The notes beneath the pieces were generated by a model that worked only from the letters and a program-made list of their open reading frames with translations, was not told the origin of the DNA and did no database searches. A stretch of DNA of 64,000 bases from an uncultured delta proteobacterium (GTDB lineage: Bacteria; Myxococcota; Myxococcia; Myxococcales; Myxococcaceae), in contig CAWCKH010000004.1 of assembly GCA_963796055.1 (NCBI GenBank), forward strand, positions 2,720,001 to 2,784,000, given 5' to 3'. Position numbers and translations under genes: made by a program. Each line of letters opens with the position of its first letter. Positions within the stretch are counted from its first letter, which is position 1. This document shows positions 44,756-53,577 of the stretch, one piece after another.

Positions 44756-45279
44756 GCCCGCCCCGCCTGGAGCTCGGCCAGGTACCGGTTGAGCACCGGG
44801 GCCTCGGCGTCGAGGATCTTCAGGCCCTCGGAATGGATGAGCCGCTCGCCGATGATCGCCAGCGGCTTGAGCAGGAAGGGCAGCTGCAGCTTGATCTCCC
44901 CGTCCAGGGTGCGCTCGGTGCGTCCGCCCGCCGGCCGCAGCCGGAGGGTCCCGGTGTTCACCAGCATCCTGGAGATGGCCTGGCTGGTGGGCACGTTGCT
45001 GAAGGTCATCTCCTTGCGGTTCCGGTCGTAGGTGGACTGCTCCACGAAGGCGAACCACTCCGGGGGGACCTGCTTGGGCCCCACCGACGGGATGACCGGA
45101 CGGGGGCGGTACCGGACCCGCCGGCGGACGAGTGGACCCTCCTCGGTGCGCTCCAGTGCCTGCACCTCCAGCAGCACCCCGTGGTGTTGCAAGAGGTAGT
45201 CCAGGTACCGCGGGTCCAGCATGGCCCGCTCGACCTCGTCCACGGTTCCGTCCAGGAACTGCCGCTTTTCGAAGCGCAT
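44752..45279 (-). CDS. DUF2505-like (SRPBCC/START-like) protein
   Basis: MRFEKRQF...VDEVERAMLD...TERTLDGEIKLQLP...IGERLI pattern. Confidence 0.65.
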   Translation of the reverse strand: MRFEKRQFLDGTVDEVERAMLDPRYLDYLLQHHGVLLEVQALERTEEGPLVRRRVRYRPRPVIPSVGPKQVPPEWFAFVEQSTYDRNRKEMTFSNVPTSQAISRMLVNTGTLRLRPAGGRTERTLDGEIKLQLPFLLKPLAIIGERLIHSEGLKILDAEAPVLNRYLAELQAGRA

Positions 45280-45293
45280 CGCGGCGCTGCGGC

Positions 45294-47624
45294 TTATCGG
45301 AAAGGCCCCCGCGGCACCAGGGGACCGTTGAACGTCCGCTCCTCGAAGGTGCAGCGTGCTTGCCATTCTGTCACCTCGGTCCGCAGGGCGTCGGACAGAT
45401 CCGGCATTCGGCCCAGGTCGGAGCGGACCGCGGCGCAGTCACCGGCCCGGTAGTGCGCGGACACGAGCAGCCGCCAGGCCTCGCGGCTGACCTGCTCGGG
45501 CAGCGTGGCGGACAGCGCGCGGCCGAGCGCCTCGGCCGCTTCCGCGGAGATCCCGAGCCCCAGCAATCGCCGGCCGAGGAGGTAGTTCACCACCCCGCTC
45601 TCCGGTGCGACCTCCCGGGCGCGTTCCAGCGCCCAGACCCGCAGCTCGTCGGTGCTGGCGAAGAAGAAGGCGTGGAGCATGGGACGGATGCCCGCATCGG
45701 CGAGCGCCGCCTGCTTCACCTCCGCCTCGCGCTCCAGGTCCCGCCCGGGGCGCAGCGAGCTGGCCAGCTGCAGGGCGGCGCCCGCGGACTGGAGGTCGTC
45801 CTGGCTCCAGGCCAGGTCGGCCCGGGCCAGCGCCACCTGGGCCTCGAGTGCCGGGCGACCGCCGACCAGCGCGTCGGCGCGCTCCAGCGCCTCGGCGGCC
45901 TCGGCCGGGCGTTCCATGCGGCGCAGGAGGCTCGCCTCGGTGAGCGGGAAATCCGGCTCCTCCGGCTGCAGGCGAGCGCAGGCGCGGAGCAGCTGCAGCG
46001 CGCGCCAGGGGTTGGTGCTCGCCGCCGCGCGCGCCTCCTCGGCCAGCACCGCCACCTCGCGCACGCACGGACGGCGGAAGAGGCTCGGCTGGCGGAAACG
46101 GGCGAAGGCGCGGTTCACCTCACTCTCCTCCAGCGGGAGCGCGTCCAGCATCCGCTCCCACTCGGACACCAGGGTGTCCAGGCTGCGGCCGTAGGTGCGG
46201 GCGAAGTCGGCGTGGGCGAGCAGCCGCTGCAGCCGCTCCGTCCCCTGTGATTCCTGGAGCCAGCGCAGGAAGCTGCCGGATGCGGTGTACGCGCGGGCGG
46301 GAGCGGCGCTCCAGAACCCGGTGGGGCCGAGCAGCCGGCGAAGGTCCGGCATCAGCCCCAGACGTCGCATCCCGGCGGCCCAGGCGTGAAGGGTCAGCTC
46401 GCCGGTGGGGTTGTCCGCGGCGACGGCCACCCCTTCCACCACTCCCATCACCGGCAACCCCCAGCGCGAGGGGACCCGGAAGGGCCCGCTGCCGAACGAG
46501 GCCGCGGCGAGGTGCGCCAGCTCGTGCTTCAAGGTGGGGTGAGGGAACGGAGCGTCGTTGAGGAACACGCTGCCGAGCCAGGGCTTGGCAAACTGCGTTC
46601 CTCCCGCGCCCACCCAGCGCTGCTTCTCCACCGCCGAGCGGAAGACGACCACCCGTACGCTCGGCGGCGGGGCCCCGAAGAAGCGCGCGAGCTGCGAGAG
46701 CCGGAACTCGACGTCGCGGCGCAGCCGCTCCACCTCCTCGGAGGATTTCTCGCGGGGATAGAGGATCTCCGCGTGCTCGGTCTCGGTCCGCCCTCCGAGC
46801 AGGCCCCGGATCGCCGCGTCGGAGCTGCGGAATCCGAGCGGCACCGCACCCATCTCCAGCGCGGTGATGGCCAACGCGAGCAGCGCCAGGGTGGTCAGCA
46901 CCCGCGTGCGGTGGCTCTGATGCGCGCCCCCCGGTGCGGAGAAGATCGCCGCAGTGCAGGTACCGACCACCGCCGCCCAGAGCACCGTCTCCACCCGGAA
47001 CCAGGCGAGCGATGATGGAACGCGCAGCGCCTCGTCGTAGAGCGGCCCGGGGAAGAACCCGAGGAAGAAGTTGAAGGCGAAGACCTGTGGCCCGAACACC
47101 AGCGGCCAGATGGTCCAGGCCACCGACGCCAGGAAGAGCAGGGCGTACAGGGCGATGGCCTGGCCCCAGGCAGGGAACGCGGTGCGGCAGAACACGCCCG
47201 CCGCGGCGGCGAGGAGCGCGCCCGGCAACACCAGCAACGGAAAGAAGGCAGCCTGGGCGAACGGGTTGCACCGGGTGGTGAGCGTCGCCCGGAGCACCGC
47301 GGCGCCGAAGGGGATGGCGGCCGCGGCCCACAGGGCGAGCGTCGCCGCTCCGACGGCGCGGGCGGCGGCGGTGCCCGGCCCCGGCGGGAGGATGCGGGGC
47401 ACGCTCGGGCGGGGAACCTTGCGCAGCTCGTCGGCGGCGCCTGCTCCCATCCACCCGCCGACCAGGGCGCACAGCGCCGAGACCGCCAGCCCCAGCTCGA
47501 GGCCGGGGAGCTCGAAGAGCGGGAGGAGGACGAGCAGCGCCCCCCCGACCGCCACCACGACCCAGGGGACCCACCCGGCAGGTCGTCGGAGCAGATCGCG
47601 GGTCGTGCGCACGACGGGCGACAT
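45294..47624 (-). CDS. Multi-TM membrane protein with a gluzincin-like metallopeptidase domain and C-terminal TPR-like repeats
   Basis: About 7 TMs, then HPTLKHELAH...VEGVAVA (HExxH plus downstream Glu) and YTASGSFLRWL, then Ala/Leu helical repeats. Confidence 0.72.
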   Translation of the reverse strand: MSPVVRTTRDLLRRPAGWVPWVVVAVGGALLVLLPLFELPGLELGLAVSALCALVGGWMGAGAADELRKVPRPSVPRILPPGPGTAAARAVGAATLALWAAAAIPFGAAVLRATLTTRCNPFAQAAFFPLLVLPGALLAAAAGVFCRTAFPAWGQAIALYALLFLASVAWTIWPLVFGPQVFAFNFFLGFFPGPLYDEALRVPSSLAWFRVETVLWAAVVGTCTAAIFSAPGGAHQSHRTRVLTTLALLALAITALEMGAVPLGFRSSDAAIRGLLGGRTETEHAEILYPREKSSEEVERLRRDVEFRLSQLARFFGAPPPSVRVVVFRSAVEKQRWVGAGGTQFAKPWLGSVFLNDAPFPHPTLKHELAHLAAASFGSGPFRVPSRWGLPVMGVVEGVAVAADNPTGELTLHAWAAGMRRLGLMPDLRRLLGPTGFWSAAPARAYTASGSFLRWLQESQGTERLQRLLAHADFARTYGRSLDTLVSEWERMLDALPLEESEVNRAFARFRQPSLFRRPCVREVAVLAEEARAAASTNPWRALQLLRACARLQPEEPDFPLTEASLLRRMERPAEAAEALERADALVGGRPALEAQVALARADLAWSQDDLQSAGAALQLASSLRPGRDLEREAEVKQAALADAGIRPMLHAFFFASTDELRVWALERAREVAPESGVVNYLLGRRLLGLGISAEAAEALGRALSATLPEQVSREAWRLLVSAHYRAGDCAAVRSDLGRMPDLSDALRTEVTEWQARCTFEERTFNGPLVPRGPFR

Positions 47625-47654
47625 CGGATGTCCGTATACTCTCCCTTGGCTCCC

Positions 47655-48038
47655 GTGACGGAAACGAAGACCGAAGGGCGCACCCACCCGCGGGCGCCGA
47701 TCGAGCTCAAGGTCGACTACAAGAAGCTGAACAGCTTCTTCGCCGACTACACCCGGAACATCAGCAAGGGCGGCACGTTCATCAAGACACGCAAGCCGCT
47801 GCCGGTGGGGACGCGCTTCCTCTTCAAGCTGTCCATTCCCGGCCGGGAGGAGCCGTTCGAGCTGCTGGGCGAGGTGGCCTGGAGCGCCGCCGAGGGCGAC
47901 GATGCGGGCATGGGGATCCGCTTCGTCTACGTCGACGACACCCAGCGCTTCACCTTCGAGGACGTGGTGGAGCGGCTGATGAGCGACAGCCTCGGGCGGG
48001 AGCTGACGCTCAGGCTGCTGAACAAGGTGGGGGCCTAG
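47655..48038 (+). CDS. Stand-alone PilZ-domain protein (TIGR02266 type; possibly a PlpA orthologue)
   Basis: RTHPR (RxxxR) and NISKGG (D/NxSxxG) motifs, GMGIRF. Alternative ATG start at 47628. Confidence 0.85.
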   Translation: MTETKTEGRTHPRAPIELKVDYKKLNSFFADYTRNISKGGTFIKTRKPLPVGTRFLFKLSIPGREEPFELLGEVAWSAAEGDDAGMGIRFVYVDDTQRFTFEDVVERLMSDSLGRELTLRLLNKVGA

Positions 48039-48054
48039 TGCCTCGAGGTACTCG

Positions 48055-48570
48055 TTGAGGGCGTTGCTGGCGGTGGCCCTCCTGGCAGCGCTGCCCGCGG
48101 CCGCGGAGCGCTCGGTGCCACGCTCGACGGCGGTGGACCCCACCACCGAGACCTACGACGGGCCGCTTCCGGACCGCGGCGCGCTGCTGGTCCGGGACGC
48201 GTTCGGCGGCGCACACCGGCTCACGGTGGAGATCGCCGACACCAGCCCGCTGCGCACCCGCGGGCTGATGTGGCGCTCCGAGCTGCCCGAGGGCACCGGG
48301 ATGCTGTTCATCTTCCCCGCCGAGGTGGTCCAGAGCTTCTGGATGCGCAACACGCTCATCCCCCTGGACATGGTGTTCATCGACCGGCACCTGCGGATCG
48401 TCGGGGTGGTGCAGTGGGCCGAGCCGAAGACGCTCACCTCCCGGACCGTGGGCAAGCCCTCGCTCTACGTGCTCGAGGTCCCGGGTGGCTGGACGTCCCG
48501 CAACGGGGTGCGGGCCGGGTCCACCGTCGATCTGGAGGGCGCGCTCAAGGGCCGACCGGGACAGCCCTGA
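48055..48570 (+). CDS. DUF192-family exported protein
   Basis: VEIADT...RGLMWR..LP..TGMLFIF...FWMRNTLIPLDMVFI...YVLEVPGG. Confidence 0.9.
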   Translation: MRALLAVALLAALPAAAERSVPRSTAVDPTTETYDGPLPDRGALLVRDAFGGAHRLTVEIADTSPLRTRGLMWRSELPEGTGMLFIFPAEVVQSFWMRNTLIPLDMVFIDRHLRIVGVVQWAEPKTLTSRTVGKPSLYVLEVPGGWTSRNGVRAGSTVDLEGALKGRPGQP

Positions 48571-48585
48571 GCGCCGTGCCGGGGA

Positions 48586-49101
48586 TCAGCTCCCGCCGTC
48601 GCCGCCGCGGGCGCAGAAGAAGGCCGAGCGGCTGTTGTTGAAGTACTGCTGGCACTTCACCGGGTCCTTGCAGATCTCGGCGATGGTGTCGTTGTCCAGC
48701 ACCAGCGGCCGGCAGCTCATCACCAGGGTGGGATCGTTCTGGAGATCCTGGAACTGTGGCGTACAGCCGCTGGTGCTGCCCTGTGCGCAGGCGTGGCTGC
48801 AGTACCCCATGGCGGGATCGGCCAGCACCGCGGGGTTGGCGGTGGCCTGCGCCAGCACGCTGGCCACCCCGTTCTGATCGAGCACGCAGATCAGGTCCTC
48901 GCACTCCACCGAGCCGAAGCTGAGGAAGTCCTTGCCGGCGCTGAGCTCGGCCACGATCACGTTGGTCGCGCCGCCGTCCGGCAGGGCCTTGAGCAGATGG
49001 CAGCCTGGCTTTCCGAGATCGGTGTCGGCCTTGCACGCCATCATCGAGAGAGCGGCTGCGGCGACGACCAGAAACGAGCGCGCGCGGAGGGATGCAACCA
49101 T
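48586..49101 (-). CDS. cglC: Adventurous gliding motility lipoprotein CglC (GltK)
   Basis: Lipobox MMA-C, Cys-rich DFLSFGSVECEDLICV...GYCS..C...CRPLVLD...FFCAR; divergent from two beta-barrel genes and gltC. Confidence 0.8.
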   Translation of the reverse strand: MVASLRARSFLVVAAAALSMMACKADTDLGKPGCHLLKALPDGGATNVIVAELSAGKDFLSFGSVECEDLICVLDQNGVASVLAQATANPAVLADPAMGYCSHACAQGSTSGCTPQFQDLQNDPTLVMSCRPLVLDNDTIAEICKDPVKCQQYFNNSRSAFFCARGGDGGS

Positions 49102-49300
49102 TCGCCCCGGCACGGTAGCACAACAGTTCCGGAGGTCAGCTTCACGCTTCGCGCGGTGGGTCTCGTGTCTACGAACGTCCCACCTTTGGTGCGGCGTCAC
49201 GCACTTTGCCGAGAGCGGAACGATGGTAGAGTCGGCGGCTGCGTTGCCAACGACGGATGCGAGTACGCCGCAACGTAGCCCCCGACGGAGACTCTTCCCT

Positions 49301-50182
49301 TTGACGCGACCTCTGGCAGCGGTCACGTGCCTGCTCCTCGTGCTGTCCGCGCCCGCCGCACGGGCGCAGGCCCCGTCACCGCCCCCGCCTCAACCGGCGC
49401 CCGCCCCGAGCAGCCCGGAGAAGCCGCCCGAGCCCACCACCGAGGGGCTGGGGCTGGACCTCACCGAGGAGGCGAAGAAGCCGGCGCCGTCGACGGTGGC
49501 CCTCCCCAGCGACAAGGTGAAGTCGGACGCGCCGGTGCTCGACGAGCAGTCGCTGGTCGAGGACGACCGGGTGAAGAGCATCCAGCGCAAGGTCTTCCTC
49601 AAGACCCACCGCTTCGAGCTGCTGCCCACCATCTTCGTCTCGGTCAACGACCCCTACTACTCGAAGTGGGGCGGCAGCCTGCGGGGCTCCTTCTTCCTCT
49701 CCGACACCCTGGCGGTGGCGGTGCACGCGTCGATCTACGACCTGCTCCCCACCGACGACGTGAAGACGGCCAAGGCGAACTTCCAGAGCCGCATCTTCTA
49801 CTCGGTGCCCAAGTGGTCGGTGCTGGGGGCGGTGGAGTGGAGCCCGATCTACGGCAAGGCCACCATCTTCAACACCATCATCCACTTCGACGGATTCATC
49901 CTCGCCGGGCTGGGCGCGCTGTGGAGCGACACCTCGTCCACCCCGCTCGACTCCAAGAACCCAGCCGGCCCCACCCGCGGACCGAACATCGCCGCGGAGT
50001 TCGGGATCGGCTTCCGTTTCATGACCACCGACTGGCTGAGCGTGAACCTCGCCCTGATCGACACCAGCTACGTGGACCAGCCGGCGGGCACCAACAAGGG
50101 ATCGATCCAGAACATCCTGGCCCTGAACGCGGGCATCTCGCTGTTCTTCCCCTTCCGCAGCACCGGGAGGGAGTCCGAGTGA
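49301..50182 (+). CDS. Gliding-motility outer-membrane beta-barrel, GltB-like (unrelated to glutamate synthase gltB)
   Basis: TTG start after GGAG; signal peptide, Pro-rich linker, DRVKSIQRKVFLK..RFEL, EWSPIYGK, GISLFFP. The GltB versus GltA assignment rests on gene order. Confidence 0.75.
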   Translation: MTRPLAAVTCLLLVLSAPAARAQAPSPPPPQPAPAPSSPEKPPEPTTEGLGLDLTEEAKKPAPSTVALPSDKVKSDAPVLDEQSLVEDDRVKSIQRKVFLKTHRFELLPTIFVSVNDPYYSKWGGSLRGSFFLSDTLAVAVHASIYDLLPTDDVKTAKANFQSRIFYSVPKWSVLGAVEWSPIYGKATIFNTIIHFDGFILAGLGALWSDTSSTPLDSKNPAGPTRGPNIAAEFGIGFRFMTTDWLSVNLALIDTSYVDQPAGTNKGSIQNILALNAGISLFFPFRSTGRESE

Positions 50183-50946
50183 ACGCCCGGCTCGTACTGG
50201 TACTCGTGCTCGCGCTCGCTCCGGTCGTCCGGGCGCAGGACCTGGCCCCCTCCAGCGAGGCCGGGGACACCGCCGCGCTGGACCGCGACATCGGGCCGCT
50301 CAAGGACCGCGTCCCCCCGGTGACCGGGCACACCTTCCTGATGGCCCGGCGCTTCGAGATCGCCCCCACCTTCAGCCTCAGCTTCCGCGACGCCTTCTGG
50401 AGCAAGTACGTGATCGGCGCCACCGCCACGTACCACTTCACCGAGACCCTCGCCCTCGCGCTGCGCGGGGGTTACGCCTTCACCGCGATCAGCAGCTCGG
50501 CGCAGATCTGCCCGCCCAGCGAGGCCTGCCGCAAACCCACCACCGAGGAGCTGGACGGGAAGGGGCCGGGGCAGATCAAGCTGATCACCGCGCTCGACTT
50601 CGAGTGGGCGCCGCTCTACGGGAAGATCTCCCTCTTCGCCGAGGGCTTCGCCCACTTCAACCTGTACCTGATCGGCGGCCCGGTGGCGATCCAGTACCAG
50701 GCGCCGAAGGACGCCAACGCCCCGGGCAGCGAGGCGGCCTGGTCCGTGGGGGGCGAGGCCGGGCTGGGGATGCGCTTCGTCTTCAACCGCTGGATGGCGC
50801 TGCGCTTCGAGCTGCGGGACGCCGTCTACCGGGAGAAGACCAAGGGCGCCACCGAGACCACCGGGGCCTCGTACCAGGTCCGGAACCAGCTGTTCTTCGA
50901 TATCGGGCTGTCGTTCTTCTTCCCCAACAACTTCACCGAGGGGTAG
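50179..50946 (+). CDS. Gliding-motility outer-membrane beta-barrel, GltA-like
   Basis: GTGA overlap; signal peptide, LKDRVPPVTGH.FL..RRFE, EWAPLYGKISL, GLSFFFP. Paralogue of the preceding gene. Confidence 0.75.
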   Translation: MNARLVLVLVLALAPVVRAQDLAPSSEAGDTAALDRDIGPLKDRVPPVTGHTFLMARRFEIAPTFSLSFRDAFWSKYVIGATATYHFTETLALALRGGYAFTAISSSAQICPPSEACRKPTTEELDGKGPGQIKLITALDFEWAPLYGKISLFAEGFAHFNLYLIGGPVAIQYQAPKDANAPGSEAAWSVGGEAGLGMRFVFNRWMALRFELRDAVYREKTKGATETTGASYQVRNQLFFDIGLSFFFPNNFTEG

Positions 50947-50961
50947 GGAGGGCTCGTCGAC

Positions 50962-52878
50962 ATGTTCCGATCGCTCCGCCCCGTCGCCCTTCTCCTTCCG
51001 CTGCTGCTCGCCGGCGGCGCGCTGGGGCAGGCCTTCCAGGGCCTGGACTCGCCGCCCCCGCCGAAGAAGAAGGCGAAGAAGAGCAGCTCCTCCACCAAGC
51101 CGGCCTCGTCGAAGTCGAGCGCCTCGACGCCGGCCCCATCGGCCCCGCCGGCCACCCCCTCGCAGGTGGCCCAGGACCTGGGGCTGGACCTGTCCACCCC
51201 TGCTCCGCAGCAGGCGCCCAAGCCCATGCCCATGCCGCCGCCGCCCTCGAAGAAGGGCAAGGCGCCCACCACCACCTTCGAGGCGCTGGACGTCACCGGC
51301 CGTACCGCGGACCGCCAGCGGCTGGAGGCAGCCAACGCCTCGTTCAACCGCGGGGAGTACGACAAGGCGGCGCTGGCGGCGTGGGAGCTGATCAACGACC
51401 CGAAGATGGCGCCGCTCCAGCTCGAGTCGCAGTACCTGCTCGGGAAGACGCTCTACCGCATGGGCCAGTACCACGCGGCCCTGGGCGAGTTCAGCCAGAT
51501 CCTGGCCAAGGGCAAGGACACCAAGTTCTTCAGCAAGTCGCTGGAGTGGCTCTTCTTCATCAGCCACAAGACGGTCAACGAGTCAGTCATCCTCGACGAG
51601 GTCGCGCGCTACGCCAACGCCGAATGGCCGGAGCGTTACCAGGACGAGTTCCACTACCTGCTGGCCCGCTACCACTTCGTCCGCGGCCGGGCGCTGGACA
51701 CGGTGGAGCAGAAGGCCGAGGCGGCGAAGAGCTTCGAGGAAGCCCGGAAGCTCGCCCTCACCGTCCCCCCGAGCTCTCGCTTCTACGCCCAGGCCAGGTA
51801 CCTCGAGGGGCTCACCTGGTTCCGTGACGGGAAGATGCCCATGGCGCTGGAGGCGATGAAGGAAGTGGTCCGGGTCACCCGGCCCTCCGGTGACCGGACG
51901 CCTGCCGACGCCAGGGTGGCGGATGCCACGCGCGATCTGGCCTTCATGCAGCTGGCGCGCATCCACTACGGTGCGCGCCAGAACCGGTACGCCCTCTACT
52001 ATTATGGGAAGATCGAGCGCGGGAAGCCGCAGTGGCTCGAGGCGCTGTTCGAGGGGGCCTGGGCCAACTACCGCATCGGGCAGTACGAGCAGGCGCTGGG
52101 AAACCTGATCACCCTCTCCAGCCCGTTCTTCCGCGACGAGTACTTCCCCGAGGCGCTGATCCTCAAGGCGGTCATCTATTACGAGAACTGCCGCTACGCC
52201 GAGTCGACGGCGATCGTCCAGGAGTTCGAGCGGCGGTACAAGCCGGTCTACGACGCGCTCGACAACCTGACCAAGAAGAACATGGAGGCGGCCGACTACT
52301 ACGCGGTCCTCGCCGACATCCAGAAGAAGAACCGGGCAGCGAAGAACGCCGGCCAGAGCCCTGATCTCATCCTGGAGCGGGTGCTGAAGCTGGCGCTGAG
52401 CGACAAGGACCTCAAGAACACCAACGAGTCCATCCTCGAGCTGGAGAACGAGCTGGATTCGGAGAAGAGCCACCCCAGCCTGAACAACACCGAGCTGGCG
52501 AAGCACCTCCAGGACTCGTTGAAGACGCAGCGCACCGGGCTGATCCAGAAGGCCGGCCTGATGGCCAAGGCGAAGCTGGAGCAGGAGCAGAGCGAGCTCC
52601 GCACCCTGCTGGGCAACGGCGAGCGCATCAAGTTCGAGACCACCACCAAGGAGAAGGAGTTCCTCGAGGAGCAGCTCCAGGCCGGTGGGCGCCGGGCGAT
52701 CATCAAGAAGTACCGGTACTCGGTGGCGGTCAACGACGACCAGCTCTACTGGCCCTTCCAGGGCGAGTTCTGGCGCGACGAGCTGGGCACGTACTCCTAC
52801 ACGCTCACCAAGGGCTGCATCGAGCGGAAGACGGCGAACCAGAACGTCTCCGAGGCGACCGCGCCGGCGGCGAAGTAG
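50962..52878 (+). CDS. gltC: Gliding-motility TPR protein GltC
   Basis: Signal peptide, Pro/Lys-rich linker, TPR repeats, C-terminal YWPFQGEFWRDELGTY...C. Confidence 0.85.
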   Translation: MFRSLRPVALLLPLLLAGGALGQAFQGLDSPPPPKKKAKKSSSSTKPASSKSSASTPAPSAPPATPSQVAQDLGLDLSTPAPQQAPKPMPMPPPPSKKGKAPTTTFEALDVTGRTADRQRLEAANASFNRGEYDKAALAAWELINDPKMAPLQLESQYLLGKTLYRMGQYHAALGEFSQILAKGKDTKFFSKSLEWLFFISHKTVNESVILDEVARYANAEWPERYQDEFHYLLARYHFVRGRALDTVEQKAEAAKSFEEARKLALTVPPSSRFYAQARYLEGLTWFRDGKMPMALEAMKEVVRVTRPSGDRTPADARVADATRDLAFMQLARIHYGARQNRYALYYYGKIERGKPQWLEALFEGAWANYRIGQYEQALGNLITLSSPFFRDEYFPEALILKAVIYYENCRYAESTAIVQEFERRYKPVYDALDNLTKKNMEAADYYAVLADIQKKNRAAKNAGQSPDLILERVLKLALSDKDLKNTNESILELENELDSEKSHPSLNNTELAKHLQDSLKTQRTGLIQKAGLMAKAKLEQEQSELRTLLGNGERIKFETTTKEKEFLEEQLQAGGRRAIIKKYRYSVAVNDDQLYWPFQGEFWRDELGTYSYTLTKGCIERKTANQNVSEATAPAAK

Positions 52879-52912
52879 CTCCTCCCGTCACTCCCGCCCC
52901 GCCGGGCAGCGT

Positions 52913-53491
52913 TCAGTCGGCGATGGCCCGTGCGAGGTCGTGTCCGTTGAGGGCGTAGATCTCGAGGAGCCGGTCCAGCCCGATTCCGTCGCGCTGCTCC
53001 CGTGCCAGCGGGTGTTCGGTGGGCTCGAGCTCGAGCCACGGGCGCGCCGGGCCCGTCCGCGGGTGGACCTGACATTTGAGGTTGAGCGTGTCCGGGTACC
53101 CCGGGAGCCGGTTCGAGAACCAGCCGAACCACGGACCCAGTTCACCCTGGTTTCCCGAGTCGAACGTCTCCGCATAGGACCGAAAGTTCTTCTCTGAGAG
53201 GGTGGACCAGACGCCGTACCCGAAGCTTTGGCCCCCGGTCCCAAGTATAGGGATCGCCAGCACGCAGCGAACGAAGAAGTGCTCCCCGTGGAGGACGCAG
53301 AAGTCGGCGGAGAGGAAATGCCCCGACGAGCGCACCATCGAGTTCGCCACCCGCTCGAGGCCTCCGGGCCACTGCGCTGGCTCGTCGCACCCCAGCTCGG
53401 GGATGCCCCGGTGGACTTCACCGCACGAGGTGCAGGTCCAGCTCCTCTCCCGGAGACGCTGCCAGCGAGGATCCACGCCAGGCGGTTGCAC
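52913..53491 (-). CDS. DUF2199-family protein
   Basis: CTSCGEVH, DFCV...FFVRCVLAIPI, FGYGVWSTLSE..F, FGWFSN.LPGY, HPLAREQRDGI. Confidence 0.8.
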   Translation of the reverse strand: MQPPGVDPRWQRLRERSWTCTSCGEVHRGIPELGCDEPAQWPGGLERVANSMVRSSGHFLSADFCVLHGEHFFVRCVLAIPILGTGGQSFGYGVWSTLSEKNFRSYAETFDSGNQGELGPWFGWFSNRLPGYPDTLNLKCQVHPRTGPARPWLELEPTEHPLAREQRDGIGLDRLLEIYALNGHDLARAIAD

Positions 53492-53577
53492 GGCGCCGCA
53501 CTCTACCGTCGCCCCGCTGCCCGGAGGCGGCAGGCGCGAGCCCCGGACTCCGCTAGGATGGCCAGTCCGCTCCTCCG

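Noticed and set aside
49301..50182. Giving the gliding barrel the symbol gltB
   Set aside because: The symbol collides with glutamate synthase gltB at the window start, and GltA versus GltB rests only on recalled gene order.
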